Of a DNA stretch of 64,000 nt, positions 8,025 to 17,455 are shown piece by piece. A program made the translations under genes and the position numbers. The stretch lies in the sequence record ON529852.1, one strand, 5' to 3'. Below the pieces are notes generated by a model. That model was not told the DNA's origin and searched no databases. It was given only the letters and a program-made list of their open reading frames with translations. How positions within the stretch are numbered: position 1 is the first letter of the stretch; the number at the start of each line of letters is the position of its first letter.

Positions 8025-8495
8025 TCATTCGGCCTTGTTGATGCCCCAACGTTCGATGCGCGAGTTCAGCCCCGACACCGTCAGCCCCAGTTTTTTCGCC
8101 GCCTCCTTCTTGTTTGGCGCGGCGTCCAGGGCCGTCACGGTCTCCGAATAGAGGCGCTCATCCCGATCGCTACGGGTCAGGGTGTCCTCGATCCCGTAGC
8201 GGCGCAGGCGCGAGTTCAGGCCGGACACGGTCAACTTGAGCGCGCGCGCGGCTTCGACCCGCGTTCGGGCGCTCGCCAGGGCCGCCTCGGTCTTCTTGAT
8301 CATCTCCTGCTGGTCAGGCGTCGGGGTGAAGGCGATAGGCTGGGCGGCGTGCGACAGGTCCGGAGCCCGTTCGGCGATAATCTGACTGACCCGCATGCGT
8401 GAAATGCCGAAATGCCGCGCGGCATCCGCCGGGATGAACCCCTGACGCACATAGGCGACGACGGCGTCGCTGTCGACGGTGGAGGGACGGGCCAT
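8025..8495 (-). CDS. triple helix-turn-helix DNA-binding protein
   Basis: AARHFGISRMRVSQI plus two Fis-like repeats EAA..L.LTVSGLNSR..R.GI. Confidence 0.8.
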   Translation of the reverse strand: MARPSTVDSDAVVAYVRQGFIPADAARHFGISRMRVSQIIAERAPDLSHAAQPIAFTPTPDQQEMIKKTEAALASARTRVEAARALKLTVSGLNSRLRRYGIEDTLTRSDRDERLYSETVTALDAAPNKKEAAKKLGLTVSGLNSRIERWGINKAE

Positions 8496-8496
8496 A

Positions 8497-8835
8497 TTAG
8501 GTCTCCTGGAGCAGACGGCGGGCGTAGGCGCGCGCGTCTTCGTTAGTCGCCGGCAAGCCGGCGTATTCTTCGGCCGAGATCGGCGCGATGGTGATGATGG
8601 AGTCGGCGAACCCCGCCATGGTCTTGGGGGACCATTCGCGGTAGAGCCCGTCGGGGCTGTTGGCGACAGGTTGATAGCGCTCGGACGGCCGCGCATCGAT
8701 TGAGGCGTAACCGGCCTTGGACACCCTGGTCACCTGGGCGCGGCGCACCAGCATGACCTTGCCCCGGTTGCCGCCCCAGGCCCGGACCGAGGTCAACTTG
8801 ACGAAATCACCCTTCTTCAGCATGTGCGCGTCCAT
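8497..8835 (-). CDS. hypothetical protein
   Basis: ORF coupled to neighbours; GGAG RBS for downstream gene. Confidence 0.65.
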   Translation of the reverse strand: MDAHMLKKGDFVKLTSVRAWGGNRGKVMLVRRAQVTRVSKAGYASIDARPSERYQPVANSPDGLYREWSPKTMAGFADSIITIAPISAEEYAGLPATNEDARAYARRLLQET

Positions 8836-10256
8836 CAGATGAGGCTGCCCGGTTGGAACTCGTCGTAGACGGCGCGGGTGAGCACGGTTTCAGGTTTGCC
8901 GTCCATCTTGGACAGGGTGTGTTTTTTGATCGTCGCCTTGATCCGGTAATGCTTGCCGGCCTGCGGTCGTTGCTCGCCGGTCGCGAAATGGACGCAGCGG
9001 CTGCCGTCGTCGCCCAGGATCGCCACGACGGTCTTGGGTCCGAACTGGCTGGGGATCACGATGCAGCGCTCGATCCGTCCGGTGAAGGCGTAGCGGCCGC
9101 CTTCATCGCCCTTCAGATGCTTCGGCTCAGGGCGGGCCTGGGCGATCGCGGCGTCTTCCAGACGTTTCAGAGAGCGGCCGACAAACATGGCGACGCCGGC
9201 CAGGATGATGTTGTAGCGCTTGTTGCGCGCGTATTCGCATGACAGCGCGATGCGCAGGTTATCGCCGAAATCCCCAGACGCCTTCTCGACATAGTCGACC
9301 AGCGCCAGCAGATCGAGCGGCTCCTTGAGCGGATTCGCCTTGTGCCAATCGCGCGCCTCCTTGAAGCGACGGTCGTAGCGGGGGTTCGGATCGATCGCAC
9401 CGCGCAGGGCGAGGACGTCGTCGCGCAGGGCTTCACGAATGTCGCGACCATAGCCGCCGTAGCGGACGGCCGCCTGATAGACGTCGCGCACCAGGCCCTC
9501 CACCCAGAAATGGGTGGCGTGGGCGCCGCCCCAGGCGTCGCTGTCGTCCCGATCGCCGACGAGGGACGAGCGCACGGCTTCGCGCGCCAGGATGTCGTTG
9601 GCCTCCAGCCCCAGGAAGTCGCGCGAGCACTGGCGGCCGATCACCAGGCGCCGCCCGTCGGTGGTCTCCACCAGGAAGGAGGCGCGACGGTCGCGTTTGT
9701 GCCCGCAATGGTCGCAATCGCGCCAACGCGGCAGAAAGGGCTCAAGATCGGCAGGGTCAGCGCCGTTGAACGCGTGCCGGTAAACCTGGACGTTGTCCTC
9801 GGCCATTTCGAAGGCGCCGATCAACTTCGCGTTCTCGCCGGCGACGGCGGGCGCCTCGATGGTGATCAGGACCTGACGGATCATCAGGGGACGCCCCAGG
9901 CGATCGCGTCGGAAGCGGTTCTCGACGAAGGTTTCTTCGGTATGGACGATGTCGACCGTCTGGTTGTAGCGCTTCATGCGCTTATCCAGCTTGGCGACCG
10001 CCTTGACCACATCGGCCTCGGCGCCGTCGTCGCACGTCAGGACAAACCGCTGACGTCCGTCAGGGGCGCCCTCGACCAGGCAGACGCGGTGATGCCGAGC
10101 GGGTTCCGGCGGGTTCGCCCGGCGCTCGTCCTCGATCCAGGCGTCGACATAGGCCGGATCGTCGAACGGGTCCGCGCCGGCGGATTCGAACGCGGCCGCG
10201 ACGGTCTCGCCCTCGCGGTGCTCCAGTTCGGCTCTCCAGTCCTCGGCGTCGTACAT
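8835..10256 (-). CDS. conserved phage protein with CxxC motif and probable C-terminal OB fold
   Basis: CDHCGH..R...GRQC; C-terminal beta-rich GKHYRIKATIKKH; GAGGA RBS at ATG 10256. Confidence 0.75.
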   Translation of the reverse strand: MYDAEDWRAELEHREGETVAAAFESAGADPFDDPAYVDAWIEDERRANPPEPARHHRVCLVEGAPDGRQRFVLTCDDGAEADVVKAVAKLDKRMKRYNQTVDIVHTEETFVENRFRRDRLGRPLMIRQVLITIEAPAVAGENAKLIGAFEMAEDNVQVYRHAFNGADPADLEPFLPRWRDCDHCGHKRDRRASFLVETTDGRRLVIGRQCSRDFLGLEANDILAREAVRSSLVGDRDDSDAWGGAHATHFWVEGLVRDVYQAAVRYGGYGRDIREALRDDVLALRGAIDPNPRYDRRFKEARDWHKANPLKEPLDLLALVDYVEKASGDFGDNLRIALSCEYARNKRYNIILAGVAMFVGRSLKRLEDAAIAQARPEPKHLKGDEGGRYAFTGRIERCIVIPSQFGPKTVVAILGDDGSRCVHFATGEQRPQAGKHYRIKATIKKHTLSKMDGKPETVLTRAVYDEFQPGSLI

Positions 10257-10283
10257 GGCGTCCTCCTCGTGTCTGGGGAGGTG

Positions 10284-10310
10284 TGTAAAGGAACTAAATG
10301 CGGAAGTCAA
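10284..10310 (-). promoter_or_regulatory. class A promoter TTGACT-N11-TTCCTTTACA
   Basis: repeated motif. Confidence 0.8.
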
Positions 10311-10312
10311 CA

Positions 10313-11059
10313 CTAGCGGAGCACGCGATCCGCGTAGAGGCATTTGGCGTTGAACATCGACGCTGGCGCGCGCAAGGCTGACCCGCCGCGACTGTCGAAC
10401 ACGAACAGACCCGCTGAAGGGGCCTCCCCCGCGCCGCTGTAGAAACCGTAGCCGCAGGCGATGAAGTTAACGCCATCGACGGCCACCAGATACAGACGAG
10501 CGAACTCTACCTCTCGACCCGTTGCGCGGGTCACGGCGCGCGCCACCTGTTCCATCCGTTCCTCAGGCGATACGGACGATAGCGGCCCCCAGGAGAGACG
10601 TTGGCGCGTCGCGCCTTCGTTCGCATAGACAGAGGTGATGCGCGGGTTGGTCATGGAAGCGCCCCACCCGCCGACATCGGACGGCAGGGCGAACCATGGC
10701 GTATCCACGCCCCGACCGACCCGGACCAGAGTCTCGCGCACGCGCTCGTCGAGGAGGCAGGCGCGCGCCAAGTCCCGGTCCAGAAAGCGACAGCCGGCCT
10801 GCCCTTCTTGGATCAGTCGTATGACCCTAGCCTCTTCGCCAGGAAGCCAACCCCGCACCACGGGCGGGATGTCGACCAGACGTTCTACCATCAGATTGCG
10901 CGGCTCCAGCAAATAGGCGCGCACGTCAGGATCAGCGCGACAGGCGTCGGACAGGGCCGGCTCGGCGTACTCGCAGGTTTCGGGGTCGCCGGCGCGGGCG
11001 TCGGACGCCAGCAGACTGGCCCACAACCAGGCCAAGGCGATCGCGATGATGAGGCGCAT
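10313..11059 (-). CDS. secreted hypothetical protein, atypical codon usage
   Basis: signal peptide MRLIIAIALAWLWASLLA; several A/T-ending codons. Confidence 0.65.
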   Translation of the reverse strand: MRLIIAIALAWLWASLLASDARAGDPETCEYAEPALSDACRADPDVRAYLLEPRNLMVERLVDIPPVVRGWLPGEEARVIRLIQEGQAGCRFLDRDLARACLLDERVRETLVRVGRGVDTPWFALPSDVGGWGASMTNPRITSVYANEGATRQRLSWGPLSSVSPEERMEQVARAVTRATGREVEFARLYLVAVDGVNFIACGYGFYSGAGEAPSAGLFVFDSRGGSALRAPASMFNAKCLYADRVLR

Positions 11060-11068
11060 CCTGATCTC

Positions 11069-11296
11069 CTACAGCCGCGTGTGCTCGACGTCGCCGTTGG
11101 CGTGGAAGGTCCAGGCGTTGAGCCCGAACCATTCCGGATTGTCCGCGTCCTGTTTCTGATGCTCCACGGTGATCTCAGGCGCGCAGTTCACCGGCAGCTT
11201 GCGCTTGGCGTAGGCGAAGGCCAGACCCTTGCGCTGGAAGGGGTGGTCAGTATACCGCCCTTCCTCAGGACAGACGGTGACGACAAAACGCTCCAT
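11069..11296 (-). CDS. hypothetical protein
   Basis: coupled to alkB-like gene. Confidence 0.65.
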   Translation of the reverse strand: MERFVVTVCPEEGRYTDHPFQRKGLAFAYAKRKLPVNCAPEITVEHQKQDADNPEWFGLNAWTFHANGDVEHTRL

Positions 11297-11856
11297 CAGG
11301 CCGGCACCAGGCCCCGGAAGGTCAAGGAGATTCGCGGGCCGATGTCACGGCCTTCCACCTTGGGGATCGCGTGCAGATGGGTCTGCTGCATGCCGGGGCG
11401 CATGATCAGCAAAGAGCCCGATTCCAGGAACATGCGCTCGGGATGCGCGCCCTTCACGTTGCGCTTGAAGGCGATGTCGCGTCCTTCACCCAGGGTGATC
11501 ACGGCGATCGGGCGGTTATGATCGATCTTGGGATCGTCGTCGGCGTGCCAGCCCAGGCCGTCAGACCCGTTGTGGTAGAGGTTCAGGAAGCACCCCTCCA
11601 GACGCACGCCGGCCTCGACCTCGATCTGGTCGCGGCAGACGTCGATGAAGGGGTGGCTGGGGCGCGCCTCATAGGTCCGGCGCCCAGGCCCTTCACCATA
11701 GGTGTAATCGCGCTCGAAGGTGTTGGTCCAGTATTCCGAACGCGGCGCGGTCTCCCGGCGCTCCCAGGCCAGACCGTCGCGCAGCATGAGGAAGGCGGCG
11801 TCCCGGATGGGCTCGCTGATGAAATCATCGAAATACACCACGGGGGCGTCAGACAT
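11296..11856 (-). CDS. alkB: AlkB-family 2OG-Fe(II) dioxygenase
   Basis: NLYHNGSDGLGWHADD, HAIPK, RISLTFR. Confidence 0.88.
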   Translation of the reverse strand: MSDAPVVYFDDFISEPIRDAAFLMLRDGLAWERRETAPRSEYWTNTFERDYTYGEGPGRRTYEARPSHPFIDVCRDQIEVEAGVRLEGCFLNLYHNGSDGLGWHADDDPKIDHNRPIAVITLGEGRDIAFKRNVKGAHPERMFLESGSLLIMRPGMQQTHLHAIPKVEGRDIGPRISLTFRGLVPA

Positions 11857-11885
11857 GGGGACCTCCTAATGCAACTGAAGCGGGT

Positions 11886-11920
11886 GTCGTAGCGGGCGAG
11901 AGTTCCGTTTGTCAACACTC
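11886..11920 (-). promoter_or_regulatory. sigma70-like promoter GAGTGTTGACA-N18-TACGAC
   Basis: extended -35 shared with 18000, 18793, 48102. Confidence 0.7.
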
Positions 11921-11940
11921 TCGCGCCAGAGGGAAACTAC

Positions 11941-12993
11941 TTAGTCCGGCGCGTCATTGCCCGTAACGACGTCAGACCGGGGAGGGTTCAACGCCATCAG
12001 GACCGTTTTACCGATGCTCAAGGGGTCGACGCCGGACGCCAGGGCGTCGTGCAGGCGGGCGCCCAGGGCGCGCTCGCCCAGACGTTGCATGGCGAAGTCG
12101 ACATGGGCGTCGATCTCGCTCTTGGCGTTCTCGCTCATTTCGGTGATCGCCTCGTGGGCCTGTTCGGCCACATAGGGCATGTTGGCGGTGAACTCGCGCT
12201 CGGCCTTGCTCAACTTCTCCAGCACCTCGTTGAGGTCGCCCTTGCGCACGGGTCCGGCGCCCAGCAGAACTTCAAGCGCCTGCCGGGCCTGGGTGAGGCC
12301 CTCGGCCGCCGAGGACGCCTTCTTGGTGATGGCGGCCCGGAAGGTTTCCTCGTCGTGCTTGTGGCGCTCGGGAACGCGGGGCGTCATGAAGTCTCCGGTC
12401 TGGGGGTCGCGGTAGCGTCGCAGGGTGCAGGGCACGCTGCCGGTGTTGAACGACGACATCAGCCGCGCCCACTGGACCTCGCTCATCTCGATACGCACGA
12501 CGTTGCGGTTTTCAAGCACCCGGTCGCCGGCGTCGCGTTTGATCAGTTGGGCGGTGTTGATCTCCAGGGCGATCGCATGTCCCTGGGGGTAGTCGACCAT
12601 GAACAGGTCCGTATCGCCCGACACCCGGCCCACCGAGACCGCGCCGAAGGAGGCGTGTTCGATTTCGTAGCCGTGCAGGTCCGGATCGCGCACGTCGATC
12701 TCAATGATCTTGGAGGGATCGTCGATTTCGTCCCAACGCGACAGCAGACTGCCGCTATTGTTGCGCGCGACGAAGACCACGCGCGGCTCGGCGCCGATGA
12801 GGGCGTTGAGTTTGTCGTTGGCTGAAACCCCGCCGTAGTTCTGGAAGTCGTGGGGCTTGATGCCCAGGAGGCCACAGGCCTCCTTCTGGGTCGGGGCCGC
12901 GACGTAGCAGTGCGCCTGGTTGTGGTGCGGCGACACCGCTTTCAGACGCGGATCGGTCTTCATATACCAGTAGACGTGCAGGCGTTCGGTCAT
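11941..12993 (-). CDS. hypothetical protein
   Basis: GGAGGA RBS before ATG 12993, class A promoter upstream. Confidence 0.8.
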   Translation of the reverse strand: MTERLHVYWYMKTDPRLKAVSPHHNQAHCYVAAPTQKEACGLLGIKPHDFQNYGGVSANDKLNALIGAEPRVVFVARNNSGSLLSRWDEIDDPSKIIEIDVRDPDLHGYEIEHASFGAVSVGRVSGDTDLFMVDYPQGHAIALEINTAQLIKRDAGDRVLENRNVVRIEMSEVQWARLMSSFNTGSVPCTLRRYRDPQTGDFMTPRVPERHKHDEETFRAAITKKASSAAEGLTQARQALEVLLGAGPVRKGDLNEVLEKLSKAEREFTANMPYVAEQAHEAITEMSENAKSEIDAHVDFAMQRLGERALGARLHDALASGVDPLSIGKTVLMALNPPRSDVVTGNDAPD

Positions 12994-13025
12994 CGGGTCC
13001 TCCGGGGTGTCGTCGTCGTGATTTT

Positions 13026-13052
13026 TGTAAAGGAATGTTTTGCCGAGGTCAA
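13026..13052 (-). promoter_or_regulatory. class A promoter TTGACC-N11-TTCCTTTACA
   Basis: repeated motif. Confidence 0.8.
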
Positions 13053-14038
13053 GCGTCCAGCTTGACCCAGGCCCCGTCGCGACGCTCGTGCGTCTGACGC
13101 CAGCCGTCATAGCGCGGCTGATGATAGGCGATTTCGCCCGTCAGGGTTTCGATCTCATGGCGAATGCGGTGCAGCTTGGAGGCTTTGAGGCGGTCGTAGG
13201 TCACCTCGGGGTGCTGGGCGCGCCGGATCGCCTTCGTCGCTTCAAAGACGGCGTCGAAGGTCTCGCGGGTGACCTGATGCCGGGCCGTCTGGGCCTTGGA
13301 CCAGGCGTTGGGCCGCGTCGTCTCGTCCGCGAAGGCCCAGGTCAGCGCATATTTTTCGGCCTCCGTGTCTTCCAGCGACTTCTCCGCCACGGCCTTGCTC
13401 GTCCGCAGCATCTTCAGCATCGAGCCGAGGCGCTCGCGCGACACTTCCCAGGGCAACGCCTTCGCCCCGTAGCAGGAAGCGGTCTGCCAGCCGGAACCGG
13501 GCCGCTGATAGCCGTGGTGGGCGATCTCGCCCGTCTCCGCCAGAATGCCGCGTGCGCAGCATTGGCAGGTCATGGCCTTGGCGTCGCGTTCTTCGCGGGC
13601 GATCGAGGTCTTGGAGGGACGCGGCGCCCGCTTGCCGATCAGGGGTTTGAGGTTGTCGAGCGCCTGGGACAGGGGAACCATCTCCTCCAGCAGGGCGACC
13701 ATGGCGTCGCGCATGGCGCTTTCGCCCTTGAAGGCCTTCGCCCGCTTGAGATAGCCCGGAACCAGGTGAGGATAGGGGTGGCCCAGTGACCAGGCCAGGT
13801 CCTGCTCCTTCTCTGACAGGGGAGAGGTTCCGCCGCCCCAGCGGTAACCTTCGCCGATGACCTTCTTCCAGGCGGCGTCCATGGCGTTGGAGATGTGGTA
13901 TTTGACGTCGGCGAACTCCGCCTTGATCAGAACGCCTTCCGCGTGGAAACCGGCGATCTTGCCCAGGGTGTCTTCGAGGTTCCGGGCGTAACGGTCCGAG
14001 ACATTGGCGAAAATCGAGGGGAAATCGGTCGGCGTCAT
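13049..14038 (-). CDS. conserved phage protein with Cys/His cluster
   Basis: CQCCARG...AHHGYQRPGSGWQTASCYG. Confidence 0.75.
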   Translation of the reverse strand: MTPTDFPSIFANVSDRYARNLEDTLGKIAGFHAEGVLIKAEFADVKYHISNAMDAAWKKVIGEGYRWGGGTSPLSEKEQDLAWSLGHPYPHLVPGYLKRAKAFKGESAMRDAMVALLEEMVPLSQALDNLKPLIGKRAPRPSKTSIAREERDAKAMTCQCCARGILAETGEIAHHGYQRPGSGWQTASCYGAKALPWEVSRERLGSMLKMLRTSKAVAEKSLEDTEAEKYALTWAFADETTRPNAWSKAQTARHQVTRETFDAVFEATKAIRRAQHPEVTYDRLKASKLHRIRHEIETLTGEIAYHQPRYDGWRQTHERRDGAWVKLDA

Positions 14039-14069
14039 GAAAGGGCTCCTTCCTGAATGGTGGGACGGC

Positions 14070-14096
14070 TGTAAAGGAACGATATTAGGTTGTCAA
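14070..14096 (-). promoter_or_regulatory. class A promoter TTGACA-N11-TTCCTTTACA
   Basis: repeated motif; divergent from cadherin-gene promoter. Confidence 0.8.
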
Positions 14097-14112
14097 TCAC
14101 AGGCGAACTGAT

Positions 14113-14152
14113 TGCCGTAATTATTGACACTGAGCATGGTTAACGCTATAAG
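14113..14152 (+). promoter_or_regulatory. class B promoter TGCCGTAATTATTGACA-N17-TATAAG
   Basis: one of five copies. Confidence 0.8.
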
Positions 14153-14213
14153 GAATGCCTCAAAATGCCGCGTTTTTGTCGTGGCTGACAGCCCTCCCAC
14201 CGGTACAAAAAAC

Positions 14214-17200
14214 ATGGCACCTGTCCGCACGAAGCGCATCGCGCTCGTCTCTACGCGCATCCCTAACTATCCGCATCGCAAGAAGGATGGAGGGGGATCA
14301 GGCGGCGGTTCGGGTTCCGGGCCTCAGGTCCATGACATCGTCTTTGACGGTCCCGCCCTGATCACCGAGGGCGCCGCCGCCGGCACCGTCGTGGCCGGCG
14401 TGTCCTCGCTGCCGCCGGAAGCCGAACTGACCCTGGTCAACGACGCCGGCGGGCGCTTCGCCCTGGAAGACGGCGTTCTGATCGCCGGTGCGATCCCGAC
14501 CGACTACGAGGCCGCGACCCAGCACACGGTGGTCATTCGCGGCGCGCTCGGCGCCAGCGCCCTGGACAAGCCCCTGGTCGTCTCGGTGGTCAATCTGGTG
14601 GAACTGGTCGACTTTGACCTGACCGGACTGACGGTGCGCGAAGACGCCGCTCAAGGCGCGGTCGTCGGCGTCCTGTCGTCTGATCCGACGGGCGCCGCCT
14701 TCACCCTCACCAATACCGCTGGCGGACGCTTCGCCCTGTCGGGTTCGAACGTGGTGCGCGGCGCGACCGCGCTCGATTATGAAGCCGCGACCAGCCACGA
14801 CATCACCATCAGCGCCGCCCTGGGCGGCGAGGTCATCAACAAGACCTTCACCATCCAGGTCACCGACGTCGACGAACTGACCAGCTTCGCCCTGTCGGCC
14901 AACACCATCGCCGAGAACTCTCCGGCCGGCACCGCCGTGGGCACGCTGTCGTCGGTCCCCGCCGGCGCCACGTTCACCCTGGTGAACAACGCCGGAAACC
15001 GGTTCGCGCTGACGGGCGGTTCCCAGATCGTCGCCGGGGCGGTCGCCACGGACTATGAGAGCGCCACCAGCCACCAGATTACGGCGCGCGCGACGCGGCT
15101 GGGCGAAACGATCGAGCAGAACTTCACGATCAACGTCACCAACGTCAACGAACTGACCAACATCACCCTGAGCGCGGCGACGGTGGTCGAAAACACCGGA
15201 CCGGGCGTCACGGTCGGCGCCCTGGCCTCGGTTCCGCCCGGCGCAACCTTCGCCCTGACGAACACCGCCGGCAACCGCTTCGCCGTCTCGGGCTCCAACC
15301 TGGTGACGGGCGCGGTCAGCACCAACTACGAAGCCGCGACCAGCCATAATGTGACGGTCGAGGCGACGCGCGGCGCCGACGTCATCACCCGCACCTTCCC
15401 CATCAGCGTGACCGACGTCGTCGAGCCGCTGTCCATCGACCTCGCCCCCGCCGCCATCGCCGAGAACTCGCCCCAGGGCGCCCTGGTCGGTACGCTGACT
15501 TCCGAGCCTGCCGGCGCGACCTACACGCTGACGGATTCGGCCGGCAGCCGCTTCGCCCTGTCGGGCGACACCGTCGTCGTCGGGACGGTCCTGACGGACT
15601 TCGAGACGGCGGCGAGCCATACGATCACGGTGGATGCGGAACTGGACGGCGTGGAAACCTCCCGCACCTTCACCATCACGGTGACGGATGTGGCGGAACT
15701 CACCAACATCGCCCTGTCGAACACCACTGTGGCCGAAAACATCGCCAGCGGCGCGGTGGTCGGCGCCTTGACGTCGACGCCGGGCGGCGCGACCTGGACC
15801 ATGGTGGACGGCGCTGGCGGCCGTTTCGCGATCACCGGCGGCAATGTCGTGCGCGGCGCGACGGCGCTGGATTACGAGGCGGCGACCAGCCACGACATCA
15901 TCGTGCGCGGCACGCGCGGCGGCGAGACCCTGGAGAAGACCTTCACGATCTCCGTCACCAACGTCGTCGAGATCAGCGACATCACCCTGTCGGCCAACAC
16001 GACCCCGGAAAACTCCGTGGCCCCTGCCGTGGTGGGAGCGCTGACGTCGACGCCGACGGGCGCTTCCTTCATCATGACCAACACCGCCGGAAACCGCTTC
16101 GCCCTGTCGGGGTCGAACGTGGTGCGCGGCGCGACGGCCCTGGACTACGAGAACGCCACTTCGCACGACGTGACCATCCGGGGCACCCGCCAGGGCGAGA
16201 CCTTCGACAAGACGTTCACGATCAACGTCACCAACGTCAACGAGATCACCGACATCACCCTGTCGCCGTCCAGCGCGGCGGAAAGCATCGCCCAGGGCGC
16301 GACCATCGGCGCCCTGGCCTCGGTCCCGGCCGGCGCCGCCTTCGCCCTGCTGGACACGGTCGGCGGGCGCTTCGACATCGTCGGCACCAACCTGGTGCGC
16401 GGCGCGACGGCGCTCAACTACGAAGACGCCACCTCGCACCCCGTTCAGGTCCAGGCGACCCTGGGACCGGACACCTTCAACAAGACGTTGACGGTGACGG
16501 TGACCAATGTCGCCGAACTGACGGCGATCAACCTGTCGGCGAACACGATCGCTGAGAACTCCGTGGCGGGCACCGTCGTGGGCGGCCTGACGTCGACCCC
16601 TGCCGGAGCGACCTTCACGATGACCGGCAACGCCGGCAACCGCTTCGCCCTGTCCGGCAACAACGTCGTCGCCGGATCGGTCTCGACCGATTATGAGGCC
16701 GCAACCAGCCACGAGGTGACGATCCAGGGCGCACGCGGCGGCGAGACCCTCAACCAGACCTTCACGATCAACGTGACCGACGTGGTGGAGACCGTGCCGC
16801 AGCCGGAAGAAAGCCGTCCGGCCCAGACCGACATCATGATCACCCAGGAATACGCCTACTCGGGAGCGCCCGACGGCGACCTCATCGGCGTCCTGCTGGC
16901 GATTCCGAAGACGAAGGCGGAGTATTCCGCCTATGTGTCCGGCGTGACCTACACCCTGCTCGACGACGCCGGCGGCCGCTTCAAGCTGGCGACGGGATCG
17001 TCCCATTCGCGTCAACTGCTGGCGGGACCGACGGCGACCAACGACGCCGTCGCCACCGAGCACTCCATCACCGTGCGCGCCGAATGGGGCGCCGGGGCCT
17101 ATACGCGCGATCAGACCTTCGTCATGACGGTCCGTCCCGCCGGATCGATGCGCGGCGGCACCAACCAGGTGCTGGCGGCGGGCACCGCCAACCCCACGGC

Positions 17201-17423
17201 CACGGCGAACGGGTCGTCGGGTACGGCCCCCTATACCCACGAGTGGTCGATGGAGGCCTCCGAAAACTACGCCATCCAGGCGGGCGCCTCCACCGCCGTC
17301 GTCACGTTGGGCTACACCGGCCCGACCCCCGGCTTCGGTTGGGGCGTCACGCGGGCGGTCACCTACGACAGCGCCGGAAAGCACGCCTGGTCGCGCTTCC
17401 TGGTCATCTTCTCGCCCAGCTAA
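14214..17423 (+). CDS. cadherin-like repeat protein (9 repeats + 1 degenerate, PKD-like C-terminus)
   Basis: ~91 aa repeats E.T.I.LS....EN...G..VG.L...GGRF......DYE.ATSH...TFTINVT; ATG at 14214 (listed TTG start is the -35 box). Confidence 0.9.
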   Translation: MAPVRTKRIALVSTRIPNYPHRKKDGGGSGGGSGSGPQVHDIVFDGPALITEGAAAGTVVAGVSSLPPEAELTLVNDAGGRFALEDGVLIAGAIPTDYEAATQHTVVIRGALGASALDKPLVVSVVNLVELVDFDLTGLTVREDAAQGAVVGVLSSDPTGAAFTLTNTAGGRFALSGSNVVRGATALDYEAATSHDITISAALGGEVINKTFTIQVTDVDELTSFALSANTIAENSPAGTAVGTLSSVPAGATFTLVNNAGNRFALTGGSQIVAGAVATDYESATSHQITARATRLGETIEQNFTINVTNVNELTNITLSAATVVENTGPGVTVGALASVPPGATFALTNTAGNRFAVSGSNLVTGAVSTNYEAATSHNVTVEATRGADVITRTFPISVTDVVEPLSIDLAPAAIAENSPQGALVGTLTSEPAGATYTLTDSAGSRFALSGDTVVVGTVLTDFETAASHTITVDAELDGVETSRTFTITVTDVAELTNIALSNTTVAENIASGAVVGALTSTPGGATWTMVDGAGGRFAITGGNVVRGATALDYEAATSHDIIVRGTRGGETLEKTFTISVTNVVEISDITLSANTTPENSVAPAVVGALTSTPTGASFIMTNTAGNRFALSGSNVVRGATALDYENATSHDVTIRGTRQGETFDKTFTINVTNVNEITDITLSPSSAAESIAQGATIGALASVPAGAAFALLDTVGGRFDIVGTNLVRGATALNYEDATSHPVQVQATLGPDTFNKTLTVTVTNVAELTAINLSANTIAENSVAGTVVGGLTSTPAGATFTMTGNAGNRFALSGNNVVAGSVSTDYEAATSHEVTIQGARGGETLNQTFTINVTDVVETVPQPEESRPAQTDIMITQEYAYSGAPDGDLIGVLLAIPKTKAEYSAYVSGVTYTLLDDAGGRFKLATGSSHSRQLLAGPTATNDAVATEHSITVRAEWGAGAYTRDQTFVMTVRPAGSMRGGTNQVLAAGTANPTATANGSSGTAPYTHEWSMEASENYAIQAGASTAVVTLGYTGPTPGFGWGVTRAVTYDSAGKHAWSRFLVIFSPS

Positions 17424-17425
17424 TC

Positions 17426-17455
17426 AAAAAGGCCCGGAGCAATCCGGGCCTTTTT
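17426..17455. terminator. bidirectional intrinsic terminator
   Basis: AAAAAGGCCCGGA-GCAA-TCCGGGCCTTTTT between convergent genes. Confidence 0.9.

Noticed and set aside
14298-17384. 1028 aa antisense ORF opposite the cadherin gene
   Set aside because: Shadow ORF from high GC3 codon bias; no RBS; Arg/Gly-rich low-information sequence
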